Source of the DNA: an uncultured beta proteobacterium
Lineage (GTDB): Bacteria > Pseudomonadota > Gammaproteobacteria > Burkholderiales > Casimicrobiaceae
Length of the DNA: 64,000 nt
Direction of reading: 5' to 3'
NCBI GenBank assembly: GCA_963816615.1
Contig: CAWFLB010000002.1
Span: 23,557 to 87,556, forward strand
Part shown: positions 57,701 through 64,000 of the stretch, one piece after another
How the letters are laid out: every line of letters starts with the position of its first letter
Numbering within the stretch: the first letter of the stretch is position 1
Program-made: the position numbers and the translations under genes
The notes under the pieces: generated by a model
The model's database searches: none
What the model was told of the DNA's origin: nothing
Seen by the model: only the letters and a program-made list of their open reading frames with translations

Positions 57701-58555
57701 CTAGCGGAGCTTGGCGAGGATTCCCTCGAACTGGTCGAGGCTCGAATACGAGATCACGATGCGACCGGCGCCGTCGCGCTTCGCTTCGATGCGCACCTTC
57801 GCACCGAGCACGTCGGAGAGTTCGTTCTCCAGCCGCGCCACGTCGGCGTCGTCGCCCCTTCCCCGCGCGCGCCGAGGCTTGCGCGGTGCCGGATGCTGCA
57901 CCGCCTGCAACATGCGCTCGGTTTCACGCACCGACATGCCTAGCGCGACGACTTTCGCCGCGGCCGCGACCTGCTGCGCCGCCGGGAAGCCGAGCAGCGC
58001 CCGCGCGTGCCCCATGTCGAGCTCGCCTGACGAAAGATAGTCCTGCACGGCCTTGGGAAGCTGAGTCAACCGCAGCAGATTGGTCACCGCGCTGCGCGAG
58101 CGTCCGACGGCCTGCGCAGCCGCGTCGTGCGTCAACGCGAACTCCTCGATCAGGCGCTTGATGCCGTGCGCCTGCTCGAGAGGATTCAGATCCTCGCGCT
58201 GGATATTCTCGATCAGCGCCAGCGCCAGTGCCGCCTGGTCGGAAACCTCCCGCACCAGCGCCGGCATGTCGGTCAGGCCGGCGCGCTGCGCCGCCCGCCA
58301 GCGCCGTTCGCCGGCGATGATCTCGAACCGGTTGGCATCGACCGGGCGCACGAGGATCGGCTGCACGACGCCCTGGGCCTTGATCGAGTCGGCGAGCTCG
58401 TTGAGCGAGGACTCGTCCATATGCGAGCGTGGCTGGTACTTGCCAGGACGAATGCGATCGAGCGCGATCGTCTGCAACGATTCGCGGCCGGGCGTCTCCG
58501 GCATTCCCGACAGCAGTGCATCGAGCCCGCGCCCGAGACCCTTCAGCTTAGCCAT
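57701..58555 (-). CDS. parB: Chromosome partitioning protein ParB
   Basis: 284 aa from the internal ATG (MAKLKGLGRGLDALL...). Contains a ParB box (ENIQREDLNPLE) and an HTH. Lies downstream of parA. Confidence 0.9.
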   Translation of the reverse strand: MAKLKGLGRGLDALLSGMPETPGRESLQTIALDRIRPGKYQPRSHMDESSLNELADSIKAQGVVQPILVRPVDANRFEIIAGERRWRAAQRAGLTDMPALVREVSDQAALALALIENIQREDLNPLEQAHGIKRLIEEFALTHDAAAQAVGRSRSAVTNLLRLTQLPKAVQDYLSSGELDMGHARALLGFPAAQQVAAAAKVVALGMSVRETERMLQAVQHPAPRKPRRARGRGDDADVARLENELSDVLGAKVRIEAKRDGAGRIVISYSSLDQFEGILAKLR

Positions 58556-59378
58556 TGACGACTCCCGGTTGCGGCGACAAAGCCTCGTCGCGGCGGAGCA
58601 TTTCGCCCGCGAGCGCGAGATACGCAACCGCGCCCTTCGACGTCCGGTCGAGGTGCAGCGCAGGAACGCCGAAACTCGGCGCTTCGGCAAGCCGGATGTT
58701 GCGCGGGATAACCGTCCGATAGACCTTGTCGCCGAAGTGTTTCTGCAGGTCGGCCGAGACGTTGAGCGCGAGCGTGTTGCGCGGGTCGAACATCGTGCGC
58801 AGCAAGCCTTCGATCTCGAGCCTCGGATTGAGATGCGCGCGAACCTTGCGGATCGTCTGCACCAGGTCGGACAGGCCTTCCAGCGCGTAGTACTCGCATT
58901 GCATCGGGATCAGCACGCTGTCGGCCGCGCACAACCCGTTCAGGGTCAAAAGCGACAACGACGGCGGACAGTCGAGCAGGATGTAGTCGTACTCGCCGGC
59001 AACTTCCGAGATAGCCGTCCGCATCTGGGAAAGCGCCTCGGCCAGCGCATCCTTCAGTCGCGTTTCCCGTTCGGGCAGATCGACCAGTTCGACCTCCGCG
59101 CCCGCGAGCTCGCGATTGGCCGGCACCAGGTCGAAGGCACCGGAAGGCGAGGCCAGTCGAACGTCGGCAATTTTTTTCTCGCCAAGCAACACTTGGTAAA
59201 CGGTGTAAGTGAGCGCCCGCTTATCTACCCCCGCGCCCATCGTGGCATTGCCTTGCGGATCGAGGTCGACTAGCAGCACCCGGCGCTTCATCGCCACCAG
59301 GCTGGCGGCCAGGTTGACGCTGGTCGTCGTCTTTCCGACGCCGCCTTTCTGGTTCGCGACAGCGATGATCTTGGTCAC
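58548..59378 (-). CDS. parA: Chromosome partitioning ATPase ParA (Soj)
   Basis: 276 aa with N-terminal [19 protein letters not shown]. Confidence 0.9.
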   Translation of the reverse strand: MTKIIAVANQKGGVGKTTTSVNLAASLVAMKRRVLLVDLDPQGNATMGAGVDKRALTYTVYQVLLGEKKIADVRLASPSGAFDLVPANRELAGAEVELVDLPERETRLKDALAEALSQMRTAISEVAGEYDYILLDCPPSLSLLTLNGLCAADSVLIPMQCEYYALEGLSDLVQTIRKVRAHLNPRLEIEGLLRTMFDPRNTLALNVSADLQKHFGDKVYRTVIPRNIRLAEAPSFGVPALHLDRTSKGAVAYLALAGEMLRRDEALSPQPGVVNG

Positions 59379-60016
59379 GCCGCGCGCTCCATGATTACCA
59401 GATGCCGTTCGCCCACGAGCCCGGGAATTTTGAGCGACGGCGTGCCCGTGATGCCGACGCCCGCCGGCAGCTCGGCGATCTCCTCGTGCGGATAAACGCC
59501 TTTCATCGCGACCAGGCGTCCGCCCGCAGCGAGCAGGCCGCCGCTGGCGCCGGCGAACACTGCGAGGTCGGAGAAGGCGCGCGAAATGGCGATATCGAAG
59601 CCGGCCGAAGGAACGTAATCCTGAACGCGGACCGCGACGACCTCGGCGTTCGGCAGCGGCAATTCGATCGCCGCCTGACGCAGAAACGTGGCCTTTTTGA
59701 AGTTGCTGTCGAGCAGCGCGAACTGCCAGTCCGGCCGAACAATTGCCAGCGGTATGCCGGGCAGCCCGCCTCCGCTGCCGATGTCGATCAGACGCAAGCC
59801 CGCGCGCGCGGGCAGATACGGCAGCACAGCCAGCGAGTCGAGCAGATGGTGGGTCACCATCCGGTCCGGTTCGCGAATGGCCGTCAGGTTATGTGTACGA
59901 TTCCATTTGTCGAGCAGGCGAAGAAAGGCGAGCAGCCTGGCCTGCGCGTCGGCCCCGACCAGTTCATCGAGTCCGAGCGCGGCGACGCCGTCGGCCAGCA
60001 TCCGGGCCGGCGTCAT
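59375..60016 (-). CDS. rsmG: 16S rRNA (guanine527-N7)-methyltransferase
   Basis: 213 aa with SAM motif [15 protein letters not shown]. Overlaps both mnmG and parA by 4 nt. Confidence 0.9.
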   Translation of the reverse strand: MTPARMLADGVAALGLDELVGADAQARLLAFLRLLDKWNRTHNLTAIREPDRMVTHHLLDSLAVLPYLPARAGLRLIDIGSGGGLPGIPLAIVRPDWQFALLDSNFKKATFLRQAAIELPLPNAEVVAVRVQDYVPSAGFDIAISRAFSDLAVFAGASGGLLAAGGRLVAMKGVYPHEEIAELPAGVGITGTPSLKIPGLVGERHLVIMERAA

Positions 60017-61914
60017 GCCGATTGCTTGCGCGCGGCCGGTGCACCGAACCCGCGCTTCAAGTGGACGAGCAGCAAGGAAATCGCCGCCGGCGTCATGCCG
60101 GGAAGACGGGCCGCCTGACCGATTGTCTCCGGACGATGCTGGTTGAGCCGTTGCTGGACCTCGATCGACAGCCCCCGGACCAGGCGATAGTCGACGTCTG
60201 TCGGCAGGCGCAGTTCCTCCTGGCCGACGCGCCGCGCGATTTCCTCGTTTTGGCGCTCGATATATCCGGCGTACTTGGTGGCGACCTCCACCTGCGCTGC
60301 GACGTCGGCATCTTCAGCGCCCACCCCCGCGCCCGGCAGGCTCATGAGGGTGTCGTACCCGACGCCGGGCCGGCGCAGCAAATCGACCAGCGCATAGTCG
60401 CGATCGAGTTCCTGTCCAAGCACCCGTATGGCGCTCGCTCGATCGACGACGCGTGGATTGACCCAGGTCGACTTCAACCGCTCGATCTCGGCGGCCACTG
60501 CGTCGCGTTTGCGGCAAAACGCCTCCCAGCGAACATCATCGACGACACCGAGCTCGCGTCCCGCTTCGGTCAAGCGCAGATCGGCGTTGTCTTCGCGCAA
60601 TTGAAGGCGATACTCGGCGCGGCTGGTGAACATACGGTACGGCTCGGTGACGCCGCGGATAATCAAATCGTCGACCAGCACACCCAGGTAGGCCTGGTCG
60701 CGGCGCGGATACCAGCCGTCCCGCTCCTCGGCCATCAGCGACGCGTTGATGCCTGCGAGCAAACCCTGCGCGGCGGCTTCTTCGTAACCGGTGGTGCCAT
60801 TGATCTGCCCGGCGAAAAACAGTCCGCCGATAGCTTTGGTCTCAAGCGTTGCCTTCAATGCGCGAGGATCGAAATAATCGTATTCGATCGCATAGCCCGG
60901 TCGCAGGATGTGCGCGCGCTCGAGTCCCTCGATGGAGCGAACCATCGCCAGCTGCACATCAAACGGCAGGCTGGTCGAAATACCGTTCGGATAGACCTCG
61001 TGCGTCGTCAGGCCCTCGGGCTCAAGAAAAACCTGATGGCTGTCACGCCCGGCGAATCGCGTGATCTTGTCCTCGATCGACGGACAGTAGCGCGGCCCGA
61101 TACCTTCGATCACGCCGGTAAACATCGGCGAGCGATCGAGACCGCCGCGAATGATTTCGTGCGTGCGCGCGTTGGTGTGGCTTACCCAGCACGGCAATTG
61201 TCGCGGATGCATTGCCCGGCTGCCCAGGAAGGAAAATACCGGGGCCGGTTCGTCACCGGGCTGTACCGCCAGCGCGGTGTAATCGATCGTGCGGCCGTCG
61301 ATGCGCGGCGGCGTGCCGGTCTTCAGGCGCCCGACGGGGAGCGCGAGTTGCCGCAGGCGCGCGCCGAGCGTGTTGGCCGGCGGATCGCCGGCCCGCCCTG
61401 CCTCGTAATGCTCGAGGCCGACGTGGATGCGGCCGGACAGGAACGTCCCCGCGGTCAATACGACTGCCGTGGCGTCAAAGCGGATGCCGACCTGGCTGAC
61501 GACGCCGACGATCCGATCGTTTTCGAGCACGAAGTCATCGACCGATTGCTGAAACAGCGTCAGGTTCGGCTGGCTTTCCAGCCTGGTCCTGATCGCCTGG
61601 CGGTAGAGCATGCGGTCGGCCTGGGCCCGCGTCGCCCGCACCGCCGGCCCCTTGCTCGCGTTCAGAACGCGGAACTGGATGCCGGCTTCGTCGGTAGCCA
61701 GCGCCATCGCACCCCCGAGCGCGTCGATCTCCCTGACCAAGTGTCCCTTCCCGATTCCACCGATCGAAGGGTTGCACGACATCTGACCCAGAGTTTCGAT
61801 GCTGTGCGTCAACAGCAGCGTCCGGCAGCCACGCCGGGCAGACGCAAGCGCGGCTTCGGTCCCTGCGTGGCCGCCGCCGACGACGATGACGTCGAAATGT
61901 CCAGGGAACTTCAT
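60013..61914 (-). CDS. mnmG: tRNA uridine-5-carboxymethylaminomethyl modification enzyme MnmG (GidA)
   Basis: 633 aa with the FAD motif [15 protein letters not shown]. Highly conserved throughout. Confidence 0.95.
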   Translation of the reverse strand: MKFPGHFDVIVVGGGHAGTEAALASARRGCRTLLLTHSIETLGQMSCNPSIGGIGKGHLVREIDALGGAMALATDEAGIQFRVLNASKGPAVRATRAQADRMLYRQAIRTRLESQPNLTLFQQSVDDFVLENDRIVGVVSQVGIRFDATAVVLTAGTFLSGRIHVGLEHYEAGRAGDPPANTLGARLRQLALPVGRLKTGTPPRIDGRTIDYTALAVQPGDEPAPVFSFLGSRAMHPRQLPCWVSHTNARTHEIIRGGLDRSPMFTGVIEGIGPRYCPSIEDKITRFAGRDSHQVFLEPEGLTTHEVYPNGISTSLPFDVQLAMVRSIEGLERAHILRPGYAIEYDYFDPRALKATLETKAIGGLFFAGQINGTTGYEEAAAQGLLAGINASLMAEERDGWYPRRDQAYLGVLVDDLIIRGVTEPYRMFTSRAEYRLQLREDNADLRLTEAGRELGVVDDVRWEAFCRKRDAVAAEIERLKSTWVNPRVVDRASAIRVLGQELDRDYALVDLLRRPGVGYDTLMSLPGAGVGAEDADVAAQVEVATKYAGYIERQNEEIARRVGQEELRLPTDVDYRLVRGLSIEVQQRLNQHRPETIGQAARLPGMTPAAISLLLVHLKRGFGAPAARKQSA

Positions 61915-61994
61915 GTTTTATAACGATAAAGATAGATTGGGTTGGCCCTGCATATCATACGTCAAACTGTGCCGTCGAAACAGGGCCTGCTGGC

Positions 61995-62042
61995 GATGTT
62001 TCACGTGAATCACCGACTAAGCTCGGTTTCACGTGAAACATC
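61995..62042. repeat. Inverted repeat containing two TTTCACGTGAA palindromic boxes
   Basis: GATGTTTCACGTGAA (61995-62009) and its exact reverse complement (62028-62042) are separated by 18 nt. Positions 62026-62039 form a perfect 14-bp palindrome, GTTTCACGTGAAAC. Confidence 0.7.
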
Positions 62043-62044
62043 CG

Positions 62045-63064
62045 TCAATCGGGTGCCCGTCCGGTCGACTCCCGGATGACGAGCTTCAGCGGCAGCTCGG
62101 GCCAACGAAAATCCCGGCCCGCGATGGCCGCGACCAGGTATTGGGCGGCAGCCTCTCCGCTGGCGCGCCACGGAACGCGCACCGAGGTCAGCTGGGGCTC
62201 GATGTTTCGCGCCAACTCGGTGTCACCCCAGCCGATGACCGACATCCGATCCGGGACCGCTCGAGACTGCGCCCGACATTCCCGCACCACCGCTGCCGCG
62301 GCCACGTCCGAGCACGCCACGATCGCCGTCGTGCGGGCGTCGATCAGCGTACGGACGGCGGCTCGCACCGGTTCCGAATCGTGGAGGGCACCCCCAAGGT
62401 GAGCGACCACCGCGACCCCATCCCGAGTCGAGGACGCCCCCTCATCCCCGGCCGCGCCTCCTCGTCCGATGGCACCGATCCGCGAGTGCCCCAGCTGCTG
62501 CAGATACCTGCACGCTAACTCCAAGCCGCGGTCCTCCAGCGTTACGACGTCGGCCCCGCCTGGGGCTGACGAAGGCGGCTGCCCGCATGCGACGGAAGGC
62601 ACCGCCCGGTTCGAGTCCGGCATCTGCGCCGGCGGTGAGACCCCAATAAAGAGCAAGCCATCGACACCCCGAGCCCTCAGCGACCGAGCGCAAGCGGCGG
62701 CGGGGGCCTCCGGGCAAGCGACCCGGAGCAGCAAGCCCACCCCGAGGGCGGAGAGCGTGTTCTCCGCCGCCTGCAGCATGTACGCGGCGACGGGGTCGTG
62801 CTCCCCGCCGAGGACCGCCCCGATCAGACCCGACCTGCGGGTTGCAAGAAACCGCGCCGCGGCGTTGCCGACATAGCCCAGCCGCGACGCCGCCTGTAAC
62901 ACGCGCGTTCGCAGTGCATCGCTTACGAGTTCCGGGCGCGCCAACGCTCGAGAAGCGCTGGCCGTGGATACCCCTGCCGCGCGCGCGACGTCGTTCAGGC
63001 TCACCACGAGGGTGTCAGCAGGCGCCCGGCGCCGCGGTCTGAGTGTCTTGGAGGCGTCTGACAC
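62045..63064 (-). CDS. LacI family transcriptional regulator
   Basis: 339 aa with an N-terminal HTH (VSLNDVARAAGVSTASASRAL) and a periplasmic-binding-protein-like effector domain. Confidence 0.8.
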   Translation of the reverse strand: MSDASKTLRPRRRAPADTLVVSLNDVARAAGVSTASASRALARPELVSDALRTRVLQAASRLGYVGNAAARFLATRRSGLIGAVLGGEHDPVAAYMLQAAENTLSALGVGLLLRVACPEAPAAACARSLRARGVDGLLFIGVSPPAQMPDSNRAVPSVACGQPPSSAPGGADVVTLEDRGLELACRYLQQLGHSRIGAIGRGGAAGDEGASSTRDGVAVVAHLGGALHDSEPVRAAVRTLIDARTTAIVACSDVAAAAVVRECRAQSRAVPDRMSVIGWGDTELARNIEPQLTSVRVPWRASGEAAAQYLVAAIAGRDFRWPELPLKLVIRESTGRAPD

Positions 63065-63094
63065 AGGTAATCTGGCGAATCGGCTAGATCAACA

Positions 63095-63132
63095 GCAATC
63101 GATTGCAGTAATCGATTGCTGGAATCGATATC
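63095..63132. promoter_or_regulatory. Array of LacI-type operator-like palindromes upstream of the LacI-family gene
   Basis: GCAATCGATTGC (perfect 12-bp palindrome, 63095-63106), GTAATCGATTGC (63108-63119) and GGAATCGATATC (63121-63132). Centres are 13 bp apart, 30-70 nt upstream of the start at 63064. Confidence 0.5.
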
Positions 63133-63186
63133 GGCAAGCGATTACACTAACAATAGGTGAGTTCTCAGCGCCGCGCAAGAGCAGGA

Positions 63187-63216
63187 TAAAAAAGGGTGCG
63201 CGTCGCGCACCCTTTT
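63187..63216 (-). terminator. Rho-independent terminator after pckG
   Basis: AAAAGGGTGCGCG-TC-GCGCACCCTTTT. On the minus strand the hairpin is followed by TTTTTTAT. Lies 36 nt after the pckG stop. Confidence 0.65.
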
Positions 63217-63251
63217 GCTCCTAGGTCTTTTGGCGCCTAGATGTTGACTGA

Positions 63252-64000
63252 CTAGCGATCGAACCTTGCGCCGAGTGCGCGCCGCTGCGCGGACAGCGCT
63301 TGCGGCTGCTTGGCGCCCAGCTTGGCAAAGAGCTCGTCATGCGCGTCGAGCTCGCGGCTCCAGCGTATCCGGTCGAAGCGCATCACTTGGGCAAATCGCT
63401 CCGGACCGAACTCGAGTCCGCGCCAGTCCAGGTCACTGTATTCGGGCTGCAATCCGAGCTCGGTCTCGACCGCGTGGGCCTTGCCCTGGCAGCGCTCGAT
63501 GATCCATTTCAATACACGCATGTTCTGACCGAAGCCGGGCCACGCTAACTTGCCCTGTTCGTCGGTACGGAACCAGTTCACGTTGAACACGCGCGGCGGT
63601 TTGGCCACCGCACGCCCCATTGCCAGCCAGTGCGCGAAATAATCGCCGATGTGATACCCGCAGAATGGCAGCATTGCAAAGGGATCGCGGCGCACTTCGC
63701 CGACCTTACCGGCTGCCGCCGCGGTCGTCTCCGACCCCATCGTCGCCGCCTTGTACACACCGTCTTCCCAACTGGTCGCCTCGACGACCAGCGGCACGGT
63801 ATCGCTGCGGCGCGCGCCGAAAATGAACGCGGATATCGGCACGCCCGACGGATTGTTCCATTCCGGATCGAGCGATGGACACTGCTTCGCCGTCACGGTG
63901 AAGCGCGAGTTCGGATGCGCCGCCTTGCGCCCGCACCCCGGTTGCCACGATTGTCCGCGCCAGTCGGTCAGATGCGGCGGCGGCTCTTTGGTCATCCCCT
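63252..64000 (-). CDS. pckG: Phosphoenolpyruvate carboxykinase (GTP), 3' part; the 5' end lies beyond the window
   Basis: C-terminal ~249 aa with GTP-PEPCK-typical stretches ([26 protein letters not shown]). The reading frame is still open at position 64000. Confidence 0.85.
   Translation of the reverse strand, partial: GMTKEPPPHLTDWRGQSWQPGCGRKAAHPNSRFTVTAKQCPSLDPEWNNPSGVPISAFIFGARRSDTVPLVVEATSWEDGVYKAATMGSETTAAAAGKVGEVRRDPFAMLPFCGYHIGDYFAHWLAMGRAVAKPPRVFNVNWFRTDEQGKLAWPGFGQNMRVLKWIIERCQGKAHAVETELGLQPEYSDLDWRGLEFGPERFAQVMRFDRIRWSRELDAHDELFAKLGAKQPQALSAQRRALGARFDR

Noticed and set aside
61915-62044. oriC or DnaA-box cluster next to mnmG (gidA), as in E. coli.
   Set aside because: No TTATCCACA or TGTGGATAA-like boxes and no AT-rich 13-mer unwinding element are visible. 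The region is only 130 nt and is dominated by the CACGTG palindromes.

Overview
GC-rich (~65-67% by eye) proteobacterial core chromosome with betaproteobacterial/Burkholderiales-like gene order. Identifications rest on motif and family recognition in the six-frame translations; no database search was possible. Gene content, left to right: mreBCD-mrdA-rodA (cell shape); gatCAB; a GST and a GNAT; a large SAM-adenylate cyclase-STAND ATPase-TPR gene; ettA; a DUF4124 gene; pyrE; xthA; yheS-type ABC-F; ampG; metX-metW; a sugar-transporter-less PTS operon (EIIA-Man, two HPr paralogs, EI); gshB; a tungstate (tupBCA) plus molybdate (modABC) uptake cluster with a ModE-N-terminal-only regulator; glmU-glmS; an orphan ParA-like ATPase; a Zn-ribbon/Yip1 membrane protein; a PEP-CTERM protein; HAD hydrolase-glpD; an M20 amidohydrolase; ackA with maoC-pta; the atpIBEFHAGDC operon; a MoaD/ThiS-like plus BNR-propeller pair; a peroxiredoxin; parB-parA-rsmG-mnmG; a LacI-family regulator; and the 3' part of pckG. 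I saw no rRNA, tRNA, CRISPR array, transposase, integrase or phage genes. I found no convincing novel multi-gene system. The dominant anomaly is about 41 frame changes confined to a few blocks (about 9.4-10.0, 12.0-14.35, 23.36, 42.95-45.65 and 48.2-56.9 kb). They break 13 recognisable genes, including six of nine ATP synthase genes, and nearly all behave as small insertions. I suspect a consensus or gap-fill artefact rather than real pseudogenes, but the sequence alone cannot settle this. Smaller observations: an in-frame tandem copy of the glmS 3' end, tandem diverged HPr genes, shared palindromic operator-like motifs, a terminator-containing metX leader, and an uncharacterised MoaD-like/BNR gene pair.
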